This document shows positions 1 through 8,595 of a stretch of DNA of 39,993 nt, piece after piece. Within the stretch, counting starts at the first letter, position 1; the number at the start of each line of letters is the position of its first letter. The translations under genes and the position numbers were made by a program. Below the pieces are notes generated by a model, which did not search any database, was not told where the DNA came from, and saw only the letters and a list, made by a program, of their open reading frames with translations. Origin of the DNA: an uncultured Acetobacteraceae bacterium (lineage in GTDB: Bacteria > Pseudomonadota > Alphaproteobacteria > Acetobacterales > Acetobacteraceae); NCBI GenBank assembly GCA_937874445.1, contig CALNAL010000143.1, positions 1 to 39,993 of the forward strand, written 5' to 3'.

Positions 1-447
1 CGCCCGCGCGCCGGGGGGGCCCCGGCCCCGCGCGCGCCGCGCGGGGCCGAGCGCGCCCAGCTGCAGCCAGGCCGAGGAGGCCCCGGGGCCGCCGTTGAAG
101 ACGAAGGCGACCGGTCGCGCGGCCGGGTCGGCGCCATCGAGGGTGTAGGACAGCACGGCGATGTCGGCCTGCGGGGTCCCCGTGTCGTCGGCGAGGCGGA
201 AGGATTCGGCGGTGGCGGTAAAGGCGAGGGAGCGCCCCGGCAGGGCCAGCGTGTGATGCGTGACGGCAGCGCCCGGCAGCGGCGCCCGGGCGGATTCGTG
301 GCGGGAGGGGGCGTCAGGACCGTGGCTGCCGTCGGCCGTGGCGGCCCGGACGGGAGGGATGCCCTGCAGCAGGAGCGCGGGCAGGGGCAGCAGGGCGGCT
401 CCCAGGAAGAGGCGACGGGAAGACGACAAGCGGGAAGAACGGGACAT
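1..447 (-). CDS. Peptidase S10 (serine carboxypeptidase) family protein, N-terminal part, with Tat signal peptide; runs off the window
   Basis: Not in the ORF track. Hand translation from ATG at 447: MSRSSRLSSSRRLFLGAALL...HTLALPGRSLAFTATA...RPVAFVFNGGPGASSAWLQLGALGP. FNGGPGASS is the S10 signature, SRRLFL is a twin-arginine motif, and AGGGG lies upstream as RBS. Confidence 0.85.
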   Translation of the reverse strand, partial: MSRSSRLSSSRRLFLGAALLPLPALLLQGIPPVRAATADGSHGPDAPSRHESARAPLPGAAVTHHTLALPGRSLAFTATAESFRLADDTGTPQADIAVLSYTLDGADPAARPVAFVFNGGPGASSAWLQLGALGPARRARGRGPPGARA

Positions 448-489
448 GGCACCCCTGGATATAATGGAGGAAATTATGCGCCCGCCCGA

Positions 490-523
490 GGCAGCGACGC
501 CAGGGGGGCAGCGACGCCAGGGG
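490..523. repeat. Perfect 17-bp tandem duplication (GGCAGCGACGCCAGGGG x2)
   Basis: Read directly: 490-506 and 507-523 are identical. Confidence 0.9.
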
Positions 524-592
524 AAGGCATGCGCCGGTGCGTTTTTGCCGCCTCCGATGCCCCGTCGAGAAGGGCCGGCGTGTCTGCAAGCC

Positions 593-1267
593 TCAGCGTG
601 GACGCACGAAATCCATGGCCACCTCGATCGCGTGGGTGCGGCGCAGGGCGAACTGATCGGGACGGCGCAGGTCATCGCGGTTGAACACGACCGAAAGGGT
701 TGCCGCATTCGACATGTAGAAATAGCTCAGGCTGGAAATGGTGATGTAGAGCTGCAGCGGCTCGATGCCGGGCTTGATTTCGCCTCTTTCCTCGCCGCGC
801 CGCAGAATGGTCTCGAGCGTGACGATCAGGGAATCGTGCATCGCCTTCAGCTCCTGCGAGCGGACCAGGAAGGCGGCGTTCTGCAGGTTCTCGACGGCGA
901 GCAGGCGGATGAAGCGGGGATGCGCGAAATCGTAGTCGCACTTGAATTCCACCAATCGGCGAATCGCCTGGAGCGGTTCGAGATCAAGCAGGTTCAGCTC
1001 GCGCTCGGCCTTGCGCATCGCGCCATAGGCGTGTTCCAGGACGAGCTGGTAGAGCTTCTCTTTTGATTCGAAATAGTAATAAATCATCTGCTTGTTGGTG
1101 CCGGCCCGCTCGGCGATCGCATCAACCCGGGCTCCCGAGAGCGCCTTCTCCGCGAATTCCTTCTCGGCAGCGGCAAGGATCGCCCGGCGGGTGCGTTCGG
1201 CGTCACGCGGGGGGCGCTTCTGCCCCTTTGCCGCGACGGCTCCGGCTTCGCTGATACGTTTTGCCAC
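593..1267 (-). CDS. TetR/AcrR family transcriptional regulator (RutR/NicS-like C-terminus)
   Basis: HTH segment ILAAAEKEFAEKALSGARVDAIAERAGTNKQMIYYYFESKEKLY. Start placed at GTG 1267 with GGAAGG upstream (track ORF starts at 1393). Divergent from the catabolic operon. Confidence 0.9.
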   Translation of the reverse strand: MAKRISEAGAVAAKGQKRPPRDAERTRRAILAAAEKEFAEKALSGARVDAIAERAGTNKQMIYYYFESKEKLYQLVLEHAYGAMRKAERELNLLDLEPLQAIRRLVEFKCDYDFAHPRFIRLLAVENLQNAAFLVRSQELKAMHDSLIVTLETILRRGEERGEIKPGIEPLQLYITISSLSYFYMSNAATLSVVFNRDDLRRPDQFALRRTHAIEVAMDFVRPR

Positions 1268-1364
1268 CAAGACGACCTTCCCGCAGAATCCATCGATAAC
1301 AAGGATCGCGATACGATGCAGCCTGCTCCCCTGCGGGTCAACACCGGGGGTGGCGGGAAGGTTC

Positions 1365-1410
1365 TTGACGGGCGTTCCGGCCGAGATTATCAACCAACTA
1401 TATAGATAAT
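1365..1410 (+). promoter_or_regulatory. Sigma70-like promoter (TTGACG-N17-TATCAA) overlapped by an AT-rich inverted repeat ATTATC-N13-GATAAT, a candidate TetR operator
   Basis: TTGACG 1365-1370, TATCAA 1388-1393; ATTATC 1386-1391 and GATAAT 1405-1410 lie in the divergent gap. Confidence 0.55.
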
Positions 1411-1507
1411 AAATGACGGAGGGGGGCGTCCAAACGCGGTTTCACAGCCGGTCGCTCCCGGCTTGTGCGTTCCGTTCTGTGCGCCCCTGCCCGCCAAGAG
1501 AGGCAGG

Positions 1508-3103
1508 ATGACGGTTCGAATCGTAACGGCGGACGAGGCTGCCGCCCTGGTTGAAAACGGAGATACGGTGCTGATCGGCGGCTCCGGCGCTGGGCACTCG
1601 GTACCCGATGCGCTGATCGCCGCGATCGGAAAGCGCTTTGCGGAAAGCGGCATGCCGCGCGGCATCACCACCTTTCATCCCGTAGGTCTGGGCGATCATG
1701 CCGAACTCGGCCTGGCCCATCTCGCCCAGCCGGGTCTGCTCAAGCGCGTGGTCTGCGGCGCCCTTGTCGATTCACCGATCATCGCGAAAATGGCGGCCGA
1801 CAATCAGATCGAGGCCTACACCCTGCCCCAGGGATGCCTTTCGCAGTTGACGCGCGAGATGGCGGCCGGGCGCCCCGGGCTGCTGACACATGTCGGACTC
1901 GGAACGTTTGTCGATCCGCTCCTCGGCGGCGGGCGACAGAGCGAATGCGCCCGGGAGGACCTCGTCGAGCGGGTCCGGCACGGCGGAAAGGACTACCTGT
2001 TTTTCAAGGCGCCCATTGCCGATTTTGCCCTACTGCGCGGGACCACGGCCGATGGGGACGGCAACGTGACGATGGAGCACGAGGCGGTCTTCGGAGAGAT
2101 GCTTTCGATGGCCCAGGCGGCCCGGCGGTGCGGCGGCATCGTCGTTGTTCAGGTCAAGCGCCTTGCCCTGCGCGGCACGCTGCCGCCCAAGCAGGTCAAG
2201 ATTCCCGGGATGCTGGTTGACCTCGTGGTGGTCGAGCCCGATCAACCGCAGACGTTCTTTACCCGCTATGATCCCGCCTATGCCGGTGAGTTGCGCGTGC
2301 CGCTTTCCAACATCACGCCTCTGCCTTTTTCGGTTCGAAAGGTGATCGCCCGCCGGGCTGCCATTGAACTCTTTCCCGGGGCCATCTGCAATCTTGGGTC
2401 CGGGGTTTCGACGGGGATTGCCTCGATCGCTGCCGAGGAGGATGCCCTCGATGACGTCGTGCTCACCAATGAGCAGGGATTGATCGGCGGGGCCCCGGCC
2501 ACCGGCAACGAGCCGGGGGCGGCGCGCAACTATCAGGCGATCGTCGATCAGCCCTACCAGTTCGACTTCTACGACGGCGGCGGGCTCGATCTGGCATTCC
2601 TGTCGTTTGCCGAGATCGATGCGGCAGGGGATGTCAATGTCAGTCGTTTCGGTGATCGCATCATCGGTCCCGGCGGTTTCATCAACATCAGCCAGAACGC
2701 GAAAACGGTGATTTTCAGCGGGACATTCACCGCCGGCGGGCTCGATATCGCGTGGTCTGGGGGGGCGACGAACATCAAAAAAGAAGGCCGCAGCAGGAAA
2801 TTCGTCGAAAAAGTCCAGCAGGTGACATACAGCGGTTCCCTCGGCTTTTCCAATGGCCAGCGCACGCTCTTCGTGACCGAGCGTGCGGTGTTCCGGCGCA
2901 ACGAGGCCGGGCGTGTCGAGCTGATCGAGATTGCTCCCGGCATTGATCTTGAACACGACGTGCTGGCGCAGATGTGCTTCCGGCCGGAGATATCGCCGGC
3001 TCTCAAGGGAATGGACCCGCGCCTGTTCTCCCCTGTCCCGATGGGGCTTCCCGCCATCATTGCTGCCAATCGTCGCCCGCCGCGCTCGGCCCGCCTGGCC
3101 TGA
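1508..3103 (+). CDS. Family I acyl-CoA:acetate/3-ketoacid CoA-transferase (fused alpha/beta, YdiF/Pct-like)
   Basis: AYTLPQG, GLLTHVGLGTFVDP, catalytic-Glu motif NEQGLIGG, QFDFYDGGGLD, GPGGFINISQNAK, VTERAVF, IEIAPGID. ATG at 1508. Confidence 0.92.
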   Translation: MTVRIVTADEAAALVENGDTVLIGGSGAGHSVPDALIAAIGKRFAESGMPRGITTFHPVGLGDHAELGLAHLAQPGLLKRVVCGALVDSPIIAKMAADNQIEAYTLPQGCLSQLTREMAAGRPGLLTHVGLGTFVDPLLGGGRQSECAREDLVERVRHGGKDYLFFKAPIADFALLRGTTADGDGNVTMEHEAVFGEMLSMAQAARRCGGIVVVQVKRLALRGTLPPKQVKIPGMLVDLVVVEPDQPQTFFTRYDPAYAGELRVPLSNITPLPFSVRKVIARRAAIELFPGAICNLGSGVSTGIASIAAEEDALDDVVLTNEQGLIGGAPATGNEPGAARNYQAIVDQPYQFDFYDGGGLDLAFLSFAEIDAAGDVNVSRFGDRIIGPGGFINISQNAKTVIFSGTFTAGGLDIAWSGGATNIKKEGRSRKFVEKVQQVTYSGSLGFSNGQRTLFVTERAVFRRNEAGRVELIEIAPGIDLEHDVLAQMCFRPEISPALKGMDPRLFSPVPMGLPAIIAANRRPPRSARLA

Positions 3104-3135
3104 CCCACCCCTTTCCTGATTTCCGAGAGACCACG

Positions 3136-4605
3136 ATGAAATATGGCGAATATCCAAAATCCACGTCTTTCGCTCGACTCTCCGACTTCATCGCGCATAT
3201 GCGTCATCTGGGCCTGGAGATGCCCTGCGATGAAGTCGTCGAAAGCGGCCCCTCCTCTCCGCTCGCGGCCCCGCTCGAGGTGGATGGCCTCAAGATAGGA
3301 AACCGCCTCGGCATCCACCCGATGGAGGGCTGGGACTGCAATGCCGACGGCACCCCCAGCGAAAACACCGTGCGTCGCTGGACGCGATTCGGCTCCAGCG
3401 GAGGCAAGCTGATCTGGGGGGGGGAAGCCTGTGCGGTTCGCCCCGATGGGCGTGCGAATCCGCACCAGCTGATGATGGCCGACCATACCCAGTCCTCGAT
3501 CGCCGCGATGCGCGAGGCGCTGGTCAAGGCGCATATCGCCGCCGCCGGGTCCGATGCCGGACTGGTGGTGGGCCTCCAGCTCACCCATTCCGGACGATTC
3601 TGCAAGCCCCACGACAACAGAAAATTCGAATCGATCATCGCCTACCACCACCCCCTGCTCGATCGCAGATTCGGTGTCCCAGCGAATCTCGAACCGATCA
3701 GCGACGAGGGAATCGAGCAGCTGATTGCCGATTATGTGATCGCCGCCAAGCGGGCGCAGGAGTGCGGCTTCGATTTTGTCGATATCAAGCACTGCCACGG
3801 GTATCTCGGCCATGAGCTGCTGGGGGCCCGCTCGCGTCCGGGCAGGTTCGGAGGCAGCTTTGAGAATCGCACGCGCTTCCTGCGCGATATCGTCGCCGGC
3901 ATCCGCACCGAGGCCCCGGGCCTGCGCATCGGAGTGCGTCTGAGCGCAATCGATACGTTGCCGTTCAAGCCGGATCAGACGGATGCCGCGCCAGGTCAGC
4001 TCGGTCCGGGCATGCCCGAAAAATTTGCGGGGAGCTACGAATTCGGCTTCGGCATAAATCCCGCCAATCCATTCGAATATGATCTTGCCGACAGCAAGAG
4101 ATTCCTGGGCGTTCTGCGCGAGCTGGGCATCCATCTCGTCAACATCACGCTTTCCAGCCCATACTACACGCCCCACTACACTCGTCCGGCCCTCTATCCA
4201 CCTTCGGACGGCTACGCGCCACCGGAAGACCCCTATGTCGGAGTCATGCGGCATATTGCCGTGGTACGCGATCTCAAGGCGGCCTTTCCCGATATGTGCC
4301 TGATGGGCAGCGGCTACACCTATCTGCAGGAATACCTGCCCAATGTCGCCCAGGCGGCGGTACGTCGGGCCATGGTCGATGTGGTCGGGCTCGGGCGCAT
4401 GGTGCTTTCCTATCCCGAGATGCCTCTCGATGTTCTGGCCGGCAGGCCTGTGCAGAGAAAACGGATTTGCCGAACTTTCAGCGACTGTACGACTGCGCCA
4501 CGCAACGGGCTCGTCTCGGGCTGCTACCCGCTCGATGCACATTATAAAAAGTCCTGCAAATTCACTGAGCTTTGCAAAATAAAAAAGACGGCCGGTACAA
4601 AATGA
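3136..4605 (+). CDS. NADH:flavin oxidoreductase (Old Yellow Enzyme family TIM barrel)
   Basis: NRLGIHPMEG, LQLTHSGR, GFDFVDIKHCHGYLGHELL, GGSFENRTRF, VGLGRM. ATG at 3136. Confidence 0.88.
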   Translation: MKYGEYPKSTSFARLSDFIAHMRHLGLEMPCDEVVESGPSSPLAAPLEVDGLKIGNRLGIHPMEGWDCNADGTPSENTVRRWTRFGSSGGKLIWGGEACAVRPDGRANPHQLMMADHTQSSIAAMREALVKAHIAAAGSDAGLVVGLQLTHSGRFCKPHDNRKFESIIAYHHPLLDRRFGVPANLEPISDEGIEQLIADYVIAAKRAQECGFDFVDIKHCHGYLGHELLGARSRPGRFGGSFENRTRFLRDIVAGIRTEAPGLRIGVRLSAIDTLPFKPDQTDAAPGQLGPGMPEKFAGSYEFGFGINPANPFEYDLADSKRFLGVLRELGIHLVNITLSSPYYTPHYTRPALYPPSDGYAPPEDPYVGVMRHIAVVRDLKAAFPDMCLMGSGYTYLQEYLPNVAQAAVRRAMVDVVGLGRMVLSYPEMPLDVLAGRPVQRKRICRTFSDCTTAPRNGLVSGCYPLDAHYKKSCKFTELCKIKKTAGTK

Positions 4606-5480
4606 AGGTTGGATTCATCGGTCTCGGGCTGATGGGGGCGCCGATGGCCGCCAATCTGGCCAGGGGCGGACATCAGCTTTTCCTCTTCGACGTGGTGCGG
4701 ATTCCGGCTGATCTGATCGCTGCCGGAGGCGTTGCATGCGCCTCCTCCGGCGAGGTCGCAGGGAGGGCGGATGTCGTCATCACCATGGTGCCGAAGACAG
4801 CCGACGTGGAGCAGATTCTGTTTTCGCCGGGAGGGGTCGCGGAAAACCTTTCTCCGGGGAAGCTGGTGATCGACATGAGTTCCAGTGCCCCGTTTGAAAC
4901 CCGGAAATTCGCCGAGCGCATCGGGAAAATTGGCTGCGAGTATCTCGATGCCCCGGTCTCGGGGGGAGACATCGGCGCGAGGGAGGGAAGCCTGACCATC
5001 ATGGTCGGAGGTACCGACCGTGCTTTCGAACGCGCGCGTCCGCTCTTCGCGCTGATGGGCCGCAACATCACCCATGTCGGTGCGAGCGGAGATGGGCATG
5101 CGACCAAGCTCGCCAATGCGATCATCGTGGGCGGCACCATGACGGCAGTGGCCGAGGCCCTGCATGTGGTCAAGCTGAGCGGTGCCAGTCCGGCGGCGGT
5201 GCGCGCCGCATTGAAGGGCGGCTTTGCCGATTCCCGCGTGCTGGACCTGCACGGCAAGCGCATGGCCGAGCGGGACTTCGTGCCGGGGGGACCTGCCCGC
5301 TTCCAGCTCAAGGACATGCGCACCGCGGAAGATTTCGCGGAGAAGGCCGGAGCGCATCTGACCATCCTTCCGAAATTGATTGAAATGTACACGGAACTCA
5401 TCGAACGGCAGGGAGACGCGCTGGATGTCTCGGCAATCCTGCTTGAGGTGGAGCGCCGTACCAGGGAGAGCACGAAATGA
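4602..5480 (+). CDS. NAD(P)-dependent beta-hydroxyacid dehydrogenase (2-hydroxy-3-oxopropionate reductase / 3-hydroxyisobutyrate dehydrogenase family)
   Basis: MKVGFIGLGLMGAPMA, LDAPVSGG, LTIMVGG, catalytic Lys in TKLAN. ATGA overlap with the upstream stop. Confidence 0.9.
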   Translation: MKVGFIGLGLMGAPMAANLARGGHQLFLFDVVRIPADLIAAGGVACASSGEVAGRADVVITMVPKTADVEQILFSPGGVAENLSPGKLVIDMSSSAPFETRKFAERIGKIGCEYLDAPVSGGDIGAREGSLTIMVGGTDRAFERARPLFALMGRNITHVGASGDGHATKLANAIIVGGTMTAVAEALHVVKLSGASPAAVRAALKGGFADSRVLDLHGKRMAERDFVPGGPARFQLKDMRTAEDFAEKAGAHLTILPKLIEMYTELIERQGDALDVSAILLEVERRTRESTK

Positions 5481-6238
5481 GCGACCATATCGAATACAGC
5501 GCCAAGGATGGCGTCGGGCGGATCGTGCTGGCTCGTCCGGAGAAGCTGAATGCCATCACAAAGGAGATGGCGCGCGAACTTCGGCGCATCTGCCTGGACA
5601 TCGATGCCGATGACAAGGTCCGTGTGGCGACGATTACCGGAGCCGGGGACCGGGCCTTTTCGGCCGGCAGCGATCTCAATGGGCTGGCCGATCTCTCCGA
5701 TCTGTGGGCATTCCGCAACCGTGTCGAATACGCGGCGGCAGTGCGTGACGTGCGCAAGCCCGTGATCGCCGGATTGAAGGGATGGGTGCTCGGCGGGGGG
5801 CTGGAGATGGCACTCGCCGCCGATATCCGCGTCGCCGGGAGAAGCGCGAAGTTCGGCGGCCCGGAGGTGACGCGCGGCTGGGTCGGGGGCGGTGGCGCGA
5901 CGCAGATGCTGCCGCGTCTGGTCGGCTACGGCCAGGCTGCCCGCATGCTGCTGGTTGGCGATCCTGTCGATGCCGAGAACGCATTCCGTATCGGCCTGGT
6001 CGAGGAACTGGTCGAGGACAGCGAGGTCGAAAAGCGTATCGGCGCGCTTGCCGCTGCAATGGCCGCCCTCAGCCCGGTCGCGGTGCAATCGACCAAGGCT
6101 GCCATCCGCGCGGCGCTCTCCACTCCCCTCGAGGCCGGCATCCGCTACGAGAACGAGATCCATGTCATCTGCATGGCGGACAAGGACCGGATGGAGGGGA
6201 TCAAGGCCTTCCAGGAAAAGCGGCAGGGCCGTTTCTAG
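5477..6238 (+). CDS. Enoyl-CoA hydratase/isomerase (crotonase family)
   Basis: AFSAGSDL oxyanion motif, GGGLE, ADIRVA, FGGPE (both catalytic Glu present). ATGA overlap. Confidence 0.92.
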   Translation: MSDHIEYSAKDGVGRIVLARPEKLNAITKEMARELRRICLDIDADDKVRVATITGAGDRAFSAGSDLNGLADLSDLWAFRNRVEYAAAVRDVRKPVIAGLKGWVLGGGLEMALAADIRVAGRSAKFGGPEVTRGWVGGGGATQMLPRLVGYGQAARMLLVGDPVDAENAFRIGLVEELVEDSEVEKRIGALAAAMAALSPVAVQSTKAAIRAALSTPLEAGIRYENEIHVICMADKDRMEGIKAFQEKRQGRF

Positions 6239-6253
6239 ATCGCGGAAGGCATC

Positions 6254-7096
6254 ATGATGCGCGATTTTTCCACCGGGTCTGCTCCGATCGCGCTGAACAC
6301 GGCGACTCTTGGTCCGCGCGCCAGCCTGAAGGACGCCGTCGATGGCTGCCTGCGTCATGGCATTGCCACCCTTTCCCCGTGGCGCGACCGGATTGCCGCG
6401 ACCGGTCTGCATGCTGCCAGCAGGCTGATTCGCGACTCCGGCCTGACGGTCGCCGGCCTGTGCCGGGGAGGGATGTTTCCTGCTGCCGACGCGGCCGGCC
6501 GCAAGGCTGTCCGCGAGGACAACCTGAGGGCCCTCGATGAGGCCGCCACACTCGGGGCGGGGGCGCTGGTGCTGGTGGTCGGGAGTCTGCCGGCGGGCTC
6601 GAAGGATATTTCCGCGGCCCGCCGGCAGGTGGAGGAGGGCATCGCCGCATTGCTCGAGGATGCCCGCGAGTTCGGCGTGAGGCTCGCGATCGAGCCGCTC
6701 CACCCGGTCTACGCCGCCGAGCGGGCCTGCGTGAACACGCTTGCCCAGGCGCTGGACATGTGCGACCGGCTCGGCGGGGACCTGGGCATTGCCATCGACG
6801 CCTATCACGTCTGGTGGGACCCCGACCTTTCCCGCCAGATCGCGCGTGCGGGCAGGAGCGGTCGCATTCTCGGCTTTCATGTCAGCGACTGGATGCTGCC
6901 GACGGCAAGCGTGCTCAACGATCGCGGGATGATGGGGGAGGGGATCATCGACCTCAAGGCGCTGCGTGGCGAGGTCGAGGCGGCCGGCTTCGCTGGCCCT
7001 GTCGAGGTTGAGATTTTTTCGGAGCGAAACTGGTGGATGCGACCCGTCGACGAGATTCTTTCGGCGGTCGTGCGGGCCTGCCGCACCGCCGTGTGA
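6254..7096 (+). CDS. Sugar phosphate isomerase/epimerase (xylose isomerase-like / AP endonuclease 2 TIM barrel)
   Basis: Metal-ligand motifs LAIEPLHP, IDAYH, FHVSD, VEVEIF; RGMMGEGIID. Confidence 0.88.
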   Translation: MMRDFSTGSAPIALNTATLGPRASLKDAVDGCLRHGIATLSPWRDRIAATGLHAASRLIRDSGLTVAGLCRGGMFPAADAAGRKAVREDNLRALDEAATLGAGALVLVVGSLPAGSKDISAARRQVEEGIAALLEDAREFGVRLAIEPLHPVYAAERACVNTLAQALDMCDRLGGDLGIAIDAYHVWWDPDLSRQIARAGRSGRILGFHVSDWMLPTASVLNDRGMMGEGIIDLKALRGEVEAAGFAGPVEVEIFSERNWWMRPVDEILSAVVRACRTAV

Positions 7097-7114
7097 TTCT
7101 GAAGGTCTTCTGGG

Positions 7115-8488
7115 ATGAAAATAGATTCTGCCCTCACGCCGCAATCGCTCCTGGAACCCATCCGCCGGATGTGGGAGATTTCCGCACCGAAAATCATCGA
7201 GATCGATGCGACTTTCGATCATTCCGGGGGCGCGCCTGTTTATACTGTTGCCGGCCGCTACGTCCCGCGCGGATGGACGGACTGGACACAGGGCTTCGAG
7301 TTCGGCTCGGCCATTCTTCAGTTCGACGCGACCGGAGATGAGAGATTCCTGGCCATGGGGATCGCCCGGACCAGGGCCTGCATGCCTGTGCATGTCACCC
7401 ATTTTGGCGTGCACGACCACGGCTTCAACCAGGTTTCCACCTACGGCAACCTGCTGCGCCTGATGACGGAAGGGCGGATTCCATTCGACGCGTGGCAGCG
7501 CGAATATCTTGAACTGGCATTGAAGTGTTCTGCCGCGGTGCAGGCCAGCCGGTGGACGCGCCTCGGCGACGGGGAGGGCTTCATCTATTCCTTCAACGGC
7601 CCGCACTCCCTGTTCATCGACACCCTCCGCACCCTGCGCATCCTCGCGCTCGGATATCGCCTCGGACATGTCCTGAAGGGAGAGGGGGATGCGGAGATCC
7701 CGCTTCTGGGGCGGATGATTTCCCATCTCCGGGCCACTGCGAAATACAACCTGTTCCGGGGGAAGGGGCGCGACATCTGGGACGAGCGGGGACGTACCGC
7801 CCACGAAGCGCTTTTCAACACCGGGAACGGTACTTTTCGCAGCGTCTCCACCCAGCAGGGATATTCGGGATTTTCCACCTGGATGCGGGGACTGTCCTGG
7901 GCGATGACGGGCTTTGCCGAACAGATCGAATTCTTCGACACTCTGGCAGACGAGGCGCTCGTTCCCTTCGGCGGACGCGAGGAGATCATCGCTCTGCTCT
8001 CGGAGGCCGCCGCGGCGACGATGGATTTCTACATCGCCCACACGGCGACCGACGGCATTCCCTATTGGGATACCGGTGCGCCCGGCCTGGTTCATCTCGG
8101 GGATGTCTACGAACGTCCGTCCGAACCGGAAAACGATTTCGAGCCGGTGGACAGCTCGGCCGCTGCCATCGGCGCACAGGGGCTGGTGCGCTACGGCGGC
8201 TGGCTCGCGCGTCATCATCGCAAGGGGGGAGCGCGATATTTCCAGGCCGGGCTTACGGTTCTTGCGACCTTGCTGGGGCCGCGCTACCTCTGTCCCTCTC
8301 CGAAACATCAGGGCCTGCTGCTGCACAGCCAGTATCATCGCCCGAACGGGTGGGATCATATCCAGCCGGGACATCGTTCGCCGTTCGGAGAGGCCACGAT
8401 GTGGGGCGACTATCACATGCGCGAACTCGCGCTTCTGGTACAGCGCATCGCCGGGGGCGGCCCCTACCCAGCCTTCTTTTCCGTCTAG
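7115..8488 (+). CDS. Glycoside hydrolase family 88-like protein (unsaturated glucuronyl hydrolase fold), no signal peptide
   Basis: WTQGF, HDHGF, FIDT, WMRGLSW, PYWD, DSSA and WGDY match the GH88/UGL motif series. The N-terminus is hydrophilic. Confidence 0.82.
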   Translation: MKIDSALTPQSLLEPIRRMWEISAPKIIEIDATFDHSGGAPVYTVAGRYVPRGWTDWTQGFEFGSAILQFDATGDERFLAMGIARTRACMPVHVTHFGVHDHGFNQVSTYGNLLRLMTEGRIPFDAWQREYLELALKCSAAVQASRWTRLGDGEGFIYSFNGPHSLFIDTLRTLRILALGYRLGHVLKGEGDAEIPLLGRMISHLRATAKYNLFRGKGRDIWDERGRTAHEALFNTGNGTFRSVSTQQGYSGFSTWMRGLSWAMTGFAEQIEFFDTLADEALVPFGGREEIIALLSEAAAATMDFYIAHTATDGIPYWDTGAPGLVHLGDVYERPSEPENDFEPVDSSAAAIGAQGLVRYGGWLARHHRKGGARYFQAGLTVLATLLGPRYLCPSPKHQGLLLHSQYHRPNGWDHIQPGHRSPFGEATMWGDYHMRELALLVQRIAGGGPYPAFFSV

Positions 8489-8595
8489 AGCGGGCTGCGC
8501 TCACGCGCCCCGCTCTCGCACCCGGTTTCCTCGCGCGATTCGGACTTCTGGCGATTCCGCCAGTCGTCATCGCGCTCCATGGGAGGTCACGTGAC

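Noticed and set aside
1499-1510. AGAGGCAGGATG shared between the CoA-transferase start region and the 21-bp repeat at 10870
   Set aside because: A 12-bp match is expected by chance in 40 kb and does not delimit the cluster.
4673-8416. 1247-aa minus-strand ORF
   Set aside because: Antisense shadow of four well-supported plus-strand genes, three of which share one frame. Stops are rare at high GC and there are no recognisable motifs.
8487-8516. Hairpin after the GH88 stop as a terminator
   Set aside because: No U-tract and the next gene is co-directional. At most an mRNA-stabilising stem.
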